A stretch of DNA of 64,000 nucleotides from Lepidodermella squamata (GCA_047495785.1 JBLDXI010000055.1:558001-622000); one strand, 5' to 3'; counted from the first letter of the stretch, positions 38,901 through 52,631 are shown. The notes: generated by a model from the letters alone, not told the origin. Translations and numbers: made by a program.

Positions 38901-41900
38901 GCCGGAACGTTTAGACCTCGGCTCGGTTTCGCCGCTGCGATTAGCTGCTGATGGCTCGTCGGTGCACGAATACGTGCTCTCCAGTGATAGGCATTCGCCT
39001 AGCGCGTCGACTGCTTCAAGCCAGTCGAGCCCTTCCAGCGCCAGTCGAAGCGCCTCGACGTTGCCAGTCGACGAGCAGGCGGCGCCAAGCTGGCGCCCAA
39101 AGTCTTCCACGCCATCTTCCGACCGTAAGGACAGGTTCGGCGATGAGATCGAGCGAGCTTCTACCGGCTCGACGGTCACGCCAACGCCGGCGCATCATAA
39201 AGTTGCATTCGCCGGCGTCGACAAGTCTTTCTCGTCGTCAACGTCGGGCGAGTTGCGAGCGGCGCGTCACTCCGACGACGACCATTCGTCGCCGTACGAC
39301 CGCCCGTCCAACCCAGACCCGATGCATGAGATTAACATTCACGCGGTGCCAGACGCTGCGCCGTACCATTCCAACGTCTCCTCGCCGCACCCGCCCCCGA
39401 TTGCCGAGGAGGGCGGTGCGCCGAGCCAGGTTTCGCCAACAGGCTCGGCTATCTCGAATAGCACGCTGTCCAGCTCAGCCCCGGTTTCGGCTTTCCTCGA
39501 CCGCACGAATCGCTTCATCGAGCGCACGATGAATCTAGGCGGTCAGGGCGGCATGGTCGCCGAACGAATTCTCGGCTCCGGTTATAAAGAAGACATCACG
39601 CCGACAGTTTCGCCTAAACCGCCCGCCTACAGCTCATCGTCGCTAAATCGCATTGGCTACTCGTCGGCGAGTGGCAGTGAGGCTGATTTGACGCCGAAAT
39701 ATCGCTACGATTCCGGTTACTCAGCGGCGCCGAGTTACACCCGGCCGTCGTACCCGGCTACGTCGTCGTACCGCAGCAGCAGTTACGACGCGGCGCCGCG
39801 CACTAATACCGCCTATGTGCCATCGTCCTCGCGGCAATACGACCTGCCTTCATGTAAGTTGATGGCCGCCAAAAATCGATTATAGTAGCGCACGTTTCGA
39901 TTTTCACTCCTTTATTGGCACGTCTGATTGTGTTTACGCTGCACTTTATTATTGTCAATGCTGCTATAATATAACCCTCTCTCGCGCCGGAAATGCGACC
40001 TTGGCGCCTCGTTAATTCACAGCCGCGGGCGAGCGCAACTTTTAATTAGTCCTCCTTCCACCTTAAATTTGTGTTTATTTTGCGTCTGGAAAATAGGTGT
40101 GTGCTATATACTTATTTATCGTGAGATTTTTTTTCACCCCGCGTAAATTTGAGTGTGATGAGATGATGATGACGTCGACGGCTTCATCTTTTTACTTCTA
40201 CGAAGACTGGCCGCATCACGTCGCGGCTCGCCGCCAGTTAATAGGCAGCTTCGACGAGGAGGCCGCTTCAGCAGGTAAGAAGCCGCGCGGCTCACCCGCC
40301 ACGCCCTACATATTCTATAATTGCTCGTTGTCTCATCGGCGTGTTTGCTGTTGTTTATGTATGCGAAATCAATGAATTTGGCTGTGGCGCTATTTCAAAA
40401 TGTGATGTGATCTCGCGCCCACCAACGCCGCCGTCGTGCCTTGTCAGGTGTGTGGCCGCGTTTTTGACCGGCCCGGCGCGTACTGGCCAACTGTGTCTCT
40501 TGCTCCGTGTAGCTGTAAACAATGGCCCATCCAAGGCCTTCGCCTGAAATAACAATGGCAATCATACGCTGTAATAACGAATTCATGGCGGCAATTCACG
40601 CGCTGTGTAATTCAATGCGCGCCGTGAATGCTGCGCCGGCTGCCCAGGTGGCGTCCACTTCGATCGGCCGCCCCGCATTGTCCCTCAACCGCTTTTATTG
40701 GGGGCGGCTAACCGAGCGAACGCGCCCGACGCCAAGCACGTATTCTATGCTGCACTGCGGCCAAAACTGCAAACATCATACAAATTTTACACTTTAAAAT
40801 TACTCGGGCCTTGTCCAGTTATACAGATCGTGTCTCTGCTGAGCGCAAATATTTCTCGAGCGAATTTTATATACAGCGAAAAGACGAACCCGCCTTCCGG
40901 TTCCAACTGCTCTAGCTTTATTTCGATTACACGCCGCAATAATCCGGCCTTTATTAAATTGCTTCCATCGTATAGCGTCGTCGTACTTTAATTTACCTAC
41001 TTAATATTGCGACATATTCGACAAAGTGACCGGCGATCGAGGTATAGTATTTAGCGCTTTTTACATGTGTAATGTGTTAAAATCATGACTTGCCTCTCAC
41101 CTCACCCGCATACCGCTTTGCTTCCGTGGAACGTGCACCCATTGTCCGGCGATGATGATCTATCCATGTTTTCTTTATTGCTATCAGACTCGATGCGTGA
41201 CGAAACGACGAGCAACGCGACGCAACCGGCGCCGATCGGCGAGCGCCGCCCGTCCAACGACTACGCGTCGTATTTGAAGGCTGACCGCGACCACGGCGGC
41301 GATTCTGGCTCGTCCATCCTAGACGGGCCTATTGGCAGTTCTTCGAACATCTACGCGAAAAGCAGCTACCTCTACCCGGAGAAGAACAACAGCGCAGATT
41401 CATCCACTGCCCAACCGGCGTCGCTGAGTGCGCTGCAGCAGGTGAAGCGCGACGCGGAACAGCGTGACCGTAACATATCGGCGTGGCTGCAAGAGGCGCG
41501 TCGCACGGCGCCGTCGTCCAATGTCACGTCGGACATTGAAGACATGCGCGATCGAAACCAGATTTTCCGCGACGCCCTTCGCGTTATGAGCAGCGTCACC
41601 GGCCGCGAGCTCGAAGAGCTGCGCAACCGAAGCATGCGCCTCGATTGCGAGATGATCCGCATCGAGGGCGAGCTCCGAGCTGCTGGCTGCCGAGTCGAAG
41701 GTAACAATAGCGGCCAACAACAACAGCAACAGCAACAACCAGCTGCGGAGGAAAATCGCTCGAAATATTCGTCGAACAACAACGTGTATTCTTCATATAC
41801 CTCGAAGCCATATGCGCAGAGTCCGCTCGTTCTCGAAGCTACTGCAGCTGTTGAAGCGTTGGCGACCAAATATTTCGGCGGTGTGGGCAGCGTTCCGTCT

Positions 41901-43325
41901 CTTGGCCAGCGGAAGCCACTCGAAAGCCATCACCGAGAAACAGACTACAACAACAGCAACAACAACAGCGGAAACGAAGAGTCGAATAACAACGGCGATG
42001 GCTACAACGTGAGGTTTCTACTCGGCCGGATCAGTGAGTTGGAACACAGGGTGCATGAATTGACCGAGACCAGGGTGAACACTGAACGCCGGCTGAGCGA
42101 CCACGCTGTCCAGCCGCCGTCCGGCCATCAGTCGCGAGCTGCAGCCCTACCTGGTCGCAACTCGTCGGCGCAACCGATTCGCCGAGATGGCTCCTCGAGC
42201 CGGACTCGCCAGCAATCGGCCGATATGTGGCCGGTGATCAAACAGCTGGAGGAGAAGCTCGACGTTATGACGAAGAAAACTTTGAGTGAAGACGAAATGT
42301 CGATAGTTCGCGACTTGCTGCGGCGGCTGAAAACATCGGACCAATCGTCAAGCCCCCGTCAGTACCCGGCGCCGTCCGCCTCGGCCACCCTGCCGCGTCG
42401 AACCAGATCGCCATCGCCATTGACAGCCAACAACAACAACGCAGCTCCTCGATCCTACGTCGGCGCTAGTTTGCAGAAACGCGACGCGAGTGCAGGCGCG
42501 ACTCGGCGTATGTCTCCGCAACGCGCGTCTTCCCTAGCCGACTGGCTACACCAGCCGTCAGCCTCAGCCGGGCTGGGCGAGTCGCTGATGAACCAGGCTC
42601 GGGCTACAGCACACGCGCATCAACAAATGCGGCCGTCACTCAGCGCGAACCAGCTGGCGAATTCGATACGGGCGCAGGCTGTCGACCGCCCTGGGCCTTG
42701 TTTAGTGTCAACCGGGTACCCAGCGCCGTTGTCGCAGGCGACATCTCACCGCGGCCGGTCGATCTCGCCGCCGCAGATTCAAGGCCGAACGATACTAAGA
42801 ACAGCCCGACTATCACCCGTCATGTCCGGCCAGCGCCCCACATCGCCGTCCCAACTGCTGGGCGACAGCTACTCCGCAATCAGTGACGACCGCCCGGGAT
42901 CGCCTTTCTACTCGAAATACGCCCCGGCGACTAAGGCTGACAGCTTGTCTAGCGGCGAGAAAGGTGCCCAGAACAACTCAGCCATCGATTCAGTCGTCGG
43001 CAAGCGGCCGTTCGTGCCGCGTAACGCCAATGACGTGAGGCTGGGTGATGTTATCAAATTCACGCGTCAAGGCGGTCGCGTCGCTCGAGGCGTTGTCCGA
43101 TACGTCGGTCACCTGCCAGGCCGTGAAGACGTCTACCTAGGCGTTGAACTCGAGGCGCAGGACGGTAAGCATGACGGCACCTACGAGGGACGTCGCTACT
43201 TCAAATGGTAAATTTTCCCTAATTTTTTCTTAAAATTTCATCAATTTTTTCCGTTCAACAGCAAAGCAAACAAGGGCGTATTTGTCGCGTTCAACAAAGT
43301 GGTTATTGCTTGGGGCGACGCGTGA
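35967..43325 (+). CDS. Large Ser/Pro/Arg-rich, largely disordered protein with a single C-terminal CAP-Gly domain
   Basis: Phase-compatible exons 35967-36262, 36802-36965, 37973-39853, 41188-43207, 43262-43325. CAP-Gly: GVVRYVG...LGVELE...GKHDGTYEGRRYFKC...GVFV. Coiled-coil segments and a CxxC-x9-CxxC motif in exon 3. Start codon uncertain (35967 or 36180). Confidence 0.78.
37641..37665. repeat. (AAT)n microsatellite, intronic
   Basis: Read directly. Confidence 0.85.
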
Positions 43326-45921
43326 AGCAGCAGCTTCACAAAATCTTCGACATCATTCCAAGACTGAAATTTTAATTTTGAGCTGACGATCATTTTGTTC
43401 ACATTTTTTGTACATTTTTTGTGATTACTGCGACGAAATGACTACTGCCAAAACGATCTCTCTCTGCCATGTGACCTTGATTTTCCTAACCTCTTAACAT
43501 CTCAACTGTAATAATGATGGCAAATCGGAGTATACTTAATTATAAATTTTTATATATTTTGTGAACAATAAATTTTTCTGCTCCTATACTTCCTCTGTAA
43601 TGCGCCCTGCTTTTATGCATTTTTCAGACCTTGAGAATGAAAATCAAATGTTTTAGCAGCTTTGACGCACGTTATTGAGCATCGGTATTACTTCGATTTT
43701 TGTGGTTTGCGTTTGACTCGTTCTAAAACAACTACCTAAATATCTGTGCCATTATCACCACCGCCAGCAGACACTGTGTGCTCTACATTAATTGTAGAAT
43801 ATTCGATATCAATTCTTGTGACGTCTTTTCATGTGAGAAGCGCTTCGCTGTTGATTTTTTTCACTTCTTTCGACTCAACTGCGAGCCATCCAACCGGAAA
43901 AGACACGTCATTTTCGTGTAAATAAGGATCAGAACTAACCCCGCCTGACATCATGATACGAAAGGTTGATTTTTATTCCGTGTAATATTGCTAACCATTA
44001 CGCAAGTGATGTAAATAGCGAGGGTGAGCATTATAGATCATATGACTGACAAATTGTGAATTTAAACGTTATATCGTTTTAATACCGCTTACAATAATAT
44101 ATCAAAAGCACAATGTTTTGCCATAACTGAGATCTCACGATAAATAAAAGCTAAAATGGCGACATAGAATCGGTGTGTTTTGAAAATCGAAAAAGTTGAA
44201 AATGCTTCAATTTTAAAATGATGCTATCAATTGACATAGTGAAATAATGAGATAATAAGGAGCAGGATATGAGATAATATTATCATAGTGAAATAATGAA
44301 CTAAGCCACTATAACTAAGCCTGCAAGCGCTTTCACTCTTCGCACAATGTTTGCCATTTCAACCCCGGCCAATATTCTCGCTTACTACCTGCGGAGGTCA
44401 AACGGCGGTCAATCTAGGGTAAATCCCACCTGGAGCGAATATTCATGCTAAAATGTTAGATCGGTGGAGAGTTTGAATAATTTCAGCTTAATTTCAAGTA
44501 ATGCACACCCTTTAGCTAACAGCTGATAGTTCTGTAATGTCGTTTTACTTAGACTGCCATATACGATAAATACTGCCGAATTTCTTATTTCTACCTCTTT
44601 AACTAGTGTGATATCTCATTTATTTTCTCGTTGTCAGATCTGCCTTCCAGTCTTTTAGCAGGTGAGTGCGTAGCAAGCCTCACTGTTTATTTACTGAATA
44701 TACATTTTACTCCATATACAAGCTATTTAATAGATCTCGACTGACGCAGCATAAAAAGACACTGCGCCGCAAAACCTTAACGTGAAATTCAAAGTTATGC
44801 CGCGTCGCCAGCACAAAATGGAATACAAGAAACTTCGGCATTTATTATTTTAATAGATGTGAAGTATATACCGAAAAGTCTGGTGGCGTTTGAATAATTA
44901 AATTAAGGGCCTTATTGTGAGATGTTCTCGAACTCGCTAAAACGTAGCCGTAAAGTGATGTGAGAGTCATGTTTAACAGAAAATTGACAAGGATGTTGGA
45001 TCTTGTAAGAGATGCTACACTTGAAAGATTGATGATCTCTAGAGTTTTAGCAGGGTTTTAGGTTTTAAAACAATAGCGAAATATACTGAGGGCAATGACT
45101 TTCCGGTATTAATTTCAAACATATCAGGTCGTTTTCGCATTTAACGGGGCTATGCTCCGTCAGTGTGGTCCAAATGTAGACTACGGAGTCTTTTAAGCTC
45201 TTTTCGAAAATGTTCAGGCTACGAAGCGATTTTTGGTAAATTCCTTATGTGGCTTTGAATAGGCTCCGAGATGGTTTCCATAGGCTCACGCAGATTCTTT
45301 AACAAACTCAGATGCAGGGGTGAAAATCAGAGGGATTTTGCCATTTTTCCTGTTTCTGCATTCATTAACTTGGAATTTAATCTATATTTTTCATGTCAGA
45401 ATCGTAATTTTATACTACCAGAGTTACGCAGTTAATCCATATTCAGACTTCGGAGCCTTTTAGCCTCTTTTAGATGGACGAAGAAGGTCGATGGAACTGG
45501 AAACCCCGCACTCAGCGCTGGCACCCGCGCCTTAAAATCATGAGGAATTTTGCAGCTAAAAATTATAATGAAAATCAATAAAACGAAATATTTATTATCA
45601 TCATATCTTATTGTAACCAGATTTATATATTTTTGGTTTTCACCTTGACCGATATACCGCGAAAATTATCCGCGAGAAATAGGATTTTTTAAGTGTTTGG
45701 CGCACGATACTTCGATGAGGACACTTGTTGCTTACTCTCCCAGCTAATATGTACCCAAGGGATAAGCACTCGGCAGCCTTAAAGCTCAGGAAATTAATTA
45801 TTCGGCCCCCTATCTGGGGATCGCTACCACTAACAGTTCATAAAAGCTTTTTTCCTTATTTTCTCTGAATTAATGAGTTCTAATCCCGATCATAGGCGTT
45901 ACAGACTTCTCGGCTCTCAGT

Positions 45922-48035
45922 ATGTCAGAAATAGAGGATCCAAATGCTGACTCAAACATTTCTGTCGCGAATAAAGAAGAGGCATCATCTGGTGAGTTTT
46001 TTCATCTTATGACCCCCTGTGACAAGTGAATGTTACAGTCTCTTCCAGATTTGCTAGAAGAAAAGCCGAAACCGAAGAAGGTTGTTGGTGTAGGCTTGGG
46101 AAACATATTCGATGGTGGCGCGATTAGCTTGCGTAAAAGTGTTATCGATACCTCTCTGACAAAAGAAGAAGTATCCTCTGGTGACCATACGAACGAGAAG
46201 CCAGGTTCAGAAAGTTCGAACGGTGCCGCGGATGGGCGCGAAAAGGCATTGGTGCTGTTCTCCTATAAAGCTGAGCACGAAGATGAGCTTAGCTTAATTG
46301 AGGGAGAAGAGGTAAGAGATATAACTATAAACGTTATTTTAATATGTATATATTTTTTTCAGGTCATAGTTCTCCAAAAAGAGATAGAAGATCCTGGGTG
46401 GTATCGAGGCGAGGCGCATGGTAAAATTGGAGTATTCCCTGATAATTTCGTTCGTCTCATTCCAGCAGTATGTGTTTCAATTCCGACGTTTAAATGGCTT
46501 CAGTTAACCTAATTTTGTATATTTGTAGCAAAAACCGAAGAAACCTCCGCCGCCAAGTCGAGAAGCGCTAGCTCGTTCTGTTCACATGACTAGTACTCCT
46601 CCACAGTGTGAGAGCCCGATGTCTCAATCAACTGATAACATTGTTTCGAACTCTGAAGCGGCTGTAGCTGAAAATGAAATCAAGCCGCCACCGTTGCCTC
46701 CCAAGGACGCTGGGCCGAGACCAGGGAAAATAGGGATGGGAGCGATTCCTAACATTGGGCAGCTTCGTAACATGCTGAAGTCAGCAGGATCGTCTCCAGA
46801 GGGTCCAGCTCCTGGTCGCTCTCGTAAGTGCCGTCGTCAGCATGCAGTTTTATCAATTGTTCACTTGTCCATTTTTAGTGTTTTACATATCTTCGCAAAA
46901 TCCCGACGGCGATCCAACACTGTTGATAGTTCCTGAAGCTGGTGCTACTGTGACAACTGTTCTGTTCCATCCGACTAAAGATAGGGCTCGACCCGCCCGG
47001 AAGCACCAAGATCGGCGTCGTGCAGTGAAATTCGAAGAAAGTACGGCGATGTCGCCATCTAATAATGATGCATACGCCCCTCTGCAACCAAACACTAGCG
47101 AAAATGTATATGAAACTGCCGAGCCGCCAATTGCTTCTTCTTCTTCCACCCACCATCATCCCAGTAATACGAATAACCACAGTAATACGAAGCCATCTGT
47201 TTTGCATGGCGAAAATAACAGACCCCAACTTCCTTCTTCACCTTCTCCGCCTGTCTGGGAGAAGCGTGATAGCAATGCTTGTGAGCTTTTTTCTTTAAAT
47301 TCTTAATCAATATTTATAAATTTTCTCATCTAATCCATAGCCCAAGAGCACAAGTACCAGCAGTTAGAGCAATCAGAATCAAACGACAGTTCAAGTCCGT
47401 CTTCGCAGCCTATTCGGCGTCCTCCTGCTCCCCCTGCAAAGAAACCTCCGCCTGTGATCCCGAAAAAATCAGCAGCAGTGTTACTGCAACAGCGGAATTC
47501 CGTCGAAATTAATTCAGCACCTGTCACGCCTGAACCAACTCCGTCTCCTGTTCCTTCTGCGCCTCAGCCTCAGCCTGCTGTAGCCGCTGCCCCGCCTGCT
47601 CCGGAAACGAAACCCGTCAAAGAGAAAGAAACTGTTGTGACTAAACCAGCTGTCGCGCCTTCTGTAACGCCGAATAAGTCAGTGTTTGAAGCAAGGCAAG
47701 CGACTCCGCCTCCTAGCAATAAACAGCCATCGCCTCCGCCTGCAAATAGTGATCAAAGTGTCAACGCAGTGATTTCTCGCTGCGACAGGCTGGATAAACT
47801 GGTGCAAGACCTGCGGCGGGATTTGAGCTCAGCGCAAAATGACATTCGCCGGTTGACGATGGAGCTTGACGAAGAGAAGAAAGCGCGGCTATCGGCCCAA
47901 GTCGATCTCGAACGGCTGCGGAAAATGATTGACAAGCAAAGCGTGACACCGTTGTTGCCAAACTACCCTGCCCCGACGGCGCCGGTTCGCCCGCCCCCGC
48001 CCAACGACCCTTCACTGCCAACCACGGCGATTTGA
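45922..48035 (+). CDS. CD2AP/CIN85 (SH3KBP1/Cindr)-like adaptor; only one SH3 found
   Basis: PKKVVGVGLGNIF family motif; SH3 (ALVLFSY..EHEDEL..GWYRGE..GKIGVFPDNFV, split by an intron); Pro-rich tracts; CPI-like motif LFHPTKDRAR; C-terminal coiled coil LTMELDEEKKARL. 5' end uncertain because an in-frame acceptor lies at 45895. Confidence 0.82.
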
Positions 48036-49602
48036 AATGACCAAAATATTGACAGAAAAATAACCACTATTTGTGCATTTGTTTCCGGTGGGATTTGACT
48101 GATTACGTTATAATTAGAGTAAGTACTTAAAGAATGATTTCGGAAAATTGCGGAATTTTTCGCCGTTTTCCGAAATTATTTGAGTAAAACTTCAAGAGAG
48201 ACTGGCGAAAATGAGGCTGTGATTGAATGTTATTGATTGTTGGCACATTTTTGTATGAGAAATATTTTATGAATTTAATTATGTCATCATTATTTGTCTC
48301 CCTTTTGCTTTTTCACCATCCATTGGCTCGCTGTAATTAATAATTATTTTCTGCTATGCGAACAAAGTCTTCCTTTATTATGATGTATGCCTTGAGCTTG
48401 CTTCAAATTTTTTCATCATTGTAGCGCAGGTTTTTCGCGCTGTCGGCAGTCTGATTTCCCGTGTGTATTGCCTGGGCGCCACCTCAAACTACCAACTGGT
48501 TCTTTTTCGCAACTATCTTTTTCTCACGCTAAATTGCACCGCAAACGCTCTGGAGGAAAGATGTGCGCAATATTTTTGCTTGCCTCGCTAGTTTCCGCGC
48601 CGCCCTTTGCTTTTCTATTTGGCTGTGCATATTGCCAATTACCAGAGTGGCGCGTAATTTGTAATTGTAGCCTCCACCACCACTGGCGTCATCAAAGGAA
48701 AGGTGAGCGCGTACATCTCTACCTGATGCCGTTGAGTGTGTGTGTTATATGAAAGAAAACAAGTGTGAGGATGATGCGCGGCCTGTTTTATTGCGAGAGA
48801 ACGCGCCGTTGTTTTGACGCGCAACGCGCACCAATTTTTCAAACAGCCGCTACAATGCTAAAAGACCGCCAATTTTTTTTCACTGCGCTCGCTTTTTTCC
48901 TACCGCCTCTATCTATCTATCTACCTTGTTGTATTGAAACACTTTCAAAATAATATGTACGTGTCGGCTGCTCGCCCCCTCATCATTTCTTTACGACTAC
49001 TCTGCTCGGCTGCTACAACTGATGATTAATATGTAATAGCTGCATGTGTTTATTTATAGCAGAAATTTCTTCCAAAACACGTGTGCGCAAAGCAGAAGTT
49101 ACCTTCATTTAAAAACCAGCTGCAGTTTTTCGGTGCTCTTTACAACATCACTGTAATATGCCGATTGCTATTATATTATATCATCATCATTATACGACGA
49201 TGGAAAAATAGTAATAAAAAATAAATAATGCTCTGCGAGAAAATACTTGCCGGTATTTGCTTTTCAAGGTGGATGAATAATAGCGGCGTCAATGCGCCCG
49301 TTACACGAGATGAATAGCCGGCGCATCCTCCTTAATAAAAACGCGTAATCGTTTCGCCCTCAGAGCTGCTTTGAAAAGAGAAGTGTCCGCATATAGACAT
49401 GGTTATGTATCACGCCTTTGGTTTATTTGTTTCATCGTCGCGTTGCTTCCCAAAAGCAGTTTTTTATAATATCAAGTTGCGATGCAGAAATTATCAAAAA
49501 TCATGTCAACAGCGTTTTTCGGGATGTTTACAAAAATGTACAAAAAGAGATCACAGCTTTGTTGAATATAAATTAGCGTGAAAAAACAAGACGAGGGTCT
49601 TC

Positions 49603-51678
49603 TCATGATTGCCGAATTTGCTGTAGAGGCGTTACGCCCTGGCCCTGCTGTATTTGCCGCCAAAATGTGAAAGGCGTCGACGCTACCTTGAAGTTGCGAC
49701 TCGAAGACAACCGCTCGGCCGAACCGGTTTCGGGGCATGTTAATTTGCCACCCAGAGGCGGTTCAATTTCATCCTTGTGATCAGGCGTGTGCAAAATCGG
49801 TGATTCGCGCACAAAATCGATAACGCAATCAGTCGGACTAATTTTGACATCACTAGGCGTAGATGTGAAAGACTTGACGGCGAAAAATTGAGGCGTTGAG
49901 CTGCTGAGATTCGATGCAAAGAACGACCGAGTTGAGGGTGAGATTATCGGTGTCACCGATGATTGCAACCGCTCGGTCAACCCGCCGATGCGAATGTAGA
50001 AATTCTGACTCCGCCAAGTGACACAGCGGCTTCTAAGCGACTCGAATTGCAGGAAAGGCGCCGCCATTTCGCGCGTCAACCACGCCAGCAAGAAGGTCAG
50101 CTTCGAAAATTCGAGGGGTTGTTTCTGAAAGAAAAAAACGGTAACACGGTATTCATTTTTTCACCCAGCTTACATTTATAGTCGACAGTAGAAGGTAATC
50201 CGAAAAGAACCATCCTATGGTATGGGTGACGAAAAATGTCCAAAACGGGAACATTCCGTTCCCGGTTATAAAAGCAAGAGCCAACGGCATCAGAACGGCC
50301 AAAATTAGACATTCACTCATAGGCTCGGCTATCACCAAAATCGGCATTGTTGTTTGGCGCAGTCTTTTCCACCGGATTAAACGTGCGAAAACATCCTATC
50401 AATCATCGTGAGAAATTAATTTTTTCGCGAGAAGTTTCTAACCTCGACGTGAGTCAACGCTGGATTTTGCCAAGCCAGTTTGCGTCCGAGAACATTTTTC
50501 CAGCCCCTATATTTTTTTGGCAATTTATTAGGTCAACTATAATAACCAGTGGAATAATTTACTTTTTCGCAAAAGCCAAGCCGATTTGGAAATCCTCAGC
50601 TAAATATGCGCCGAAAGCGCGCAGGCCGCCGCATTCCTCAAGAGCCGATTTGCGGATCAGCATCGCCGCGCTGACGGTCGTAGCAGCGCCCATAAAATTG
50701 AGAAAGAGGATCGCCTTGGCGTTTTGCGAGCCAAATAGGACCTTATTGACAACAGAGCCGAAAGTCGCGCGATCCGGCGATGGCGGATCTTTGACGAAAT
50801 GCATCTGGCAAACAGTGCCGACTCCGGGCTCCATGCGATCTACTACGTCAGTGATCGAATCCGGCTCAGCCTCGATATAACAGTCGGAAAGGAAGATCAG
50901 GCCGTATTTCGCGATGCTATAGGCAGGCAGCATGTTGCTAATTTTCGGGTTGACTACATCGCAGGATTTTGTCGATGCAAGACAGCTGGAACAGAAACAT
51001 GACACATTCGGCGGAGTCTTATTGCTGAAATAAATAACAATGACTCGTAAAATTTCGCGGAAGAATTTGCCGTAGGTACCATTTGCTGGCACCCGAGGTC
51101 GCTTCAGATTTGAGCGGAGTAGCCCGGCTGCTTGATGACGATTTTGGTGTAGACGCTGACACTAGGCCAGTTGATCCATCTTTGAAAATGATGGTTTGTG
51201 GGACTGTCCCAGAAACTATCAGCTTCGCATCAACATTCGGATATCGCTGCATCAAATCGAATGCAATAGGAATTGCGGTGTCCTCTGGACTATGCACACA
51301 GAATAGAAGCTCATACTGGTAATAAAGCAAAAATCAAAATGACAAGTAGGAATATGAGTAAAAAACAAACCAGTGGGTAGTCGAGTTTAAACCATGACTC
51401 CAAGTTGTGGTAAAGTAAATCGTCAGAGCCAGTTAGCGGCTTTAGGATCGACACTCCTGGTTTATTGGCTTTGGAACCTAATTCCGGGCCAGGTTTTTGT
51501 CGATATCTCGCCTCGGATTTAAAATAGATAAATCTGGAAAAGCAATGCTGGAAAACTCTCTAGAAATTTATTCAGCTGCTTACGATAGGACAAGAGCTGT
51601 GATATTTTGAGTCCAACTGGCTAACCAAAAAGCAACAACTATCCAAGCAAGGCACTCGGCTACAACAGCGGCAATCAT
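49603..51678 (-). CDS. UGCG: Ceramide glucosyltransferase (glucosylceramide synthase, GT21)
   Basis: N-terminal TM; PGVSILKPLTG; NLES; YELLFCV; YPNVDAKL; NPKISNMLPAY; YLAEDF; RLIRW; EPMSEC; AWLTRE; TWR. Short GT-AG introns join these in frame. Confidence 0.93.
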
Positions 51679-52631
51679 TCAAATTCGACAAAATTTATGA
51701 TATTACTGATCGTTAAAACAACAAAAACATGTTTTCCAGTGTTTTGATTCTGAGACTTTGAACTAAAATTTATTTACAGTAAGTAGTTATCATTCGGACT
51801 CGCTTATCGCGTGCCTAAACAACTCAGCACGTGCCAATACGCTTCGCAATTCTTCAAAGACGCTTCGTTTGGACTCGTATGAAATTTCAATTATACCGTG
51901 TTGTCCGAAATTCGAAAACCATGTCATTTGTTATTTTCAAACGCTCGAACCTGCGGCCAAAGTTAACGGGCTCACTGAATTTTCAGAACAGAGACAGACT
52001 TCTATCCTGATATCACTTCATGGCAGTGCTGTATTTGTTTATTTATGGGCCTTGGATATGCTGGACAATTCTGCTGCAACATGAAGTGGCCCTCCAAGAG
52101 TTTAAATAACGACGGGAATCAAGTCGAGAATATATTTTATTATCCCCACTAATTTCCCAGTTAATAACGCGGACGCATCAAACCTATTTTGTCGCAGGAT
52201 CATGAGTCACCCTTGGCGAAAAAGTGTCCGAGAAAATTATTGCGAGTTAGCGAGGAGGTTGGGTGGAGCTAAGTATCATTCGATCATGATTTACACCTCA
52301 GAATGACCGCAAAAACACGCCTTATTATTGTGGCAATCTTAATTAATTCTCTCCCGAAAGCGCATCCTCAGACGAGTCATGATAAGTTTCTTCTTCGGCC
52401 TCTAGGTTACAGCTGAATAAACAGCACACTGCAAATTTACAACCTTTATCTCTAATGCGGCGGATGGGCGTAGTAAAACTATTCACTGTCCCCGTAGCCT
52501 TATCACATTACTAACGCTTTTGTCAGCTTATAAAAATGCATTCTCACTCATTACCTGCTTATTGTGACTCTGTGCTGTGAAATAATTGACACCTTCAAGA
52601 CTCGCTTCTCGAACTATTCATTGTCTACAAA

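Noticed and set aside
38229-39532. Alternate-frame and antisense ORFs within the CAP-Gly gene's large exon
   Set aside because: Shadows of a GC-rich, Ser-rich coding exon.
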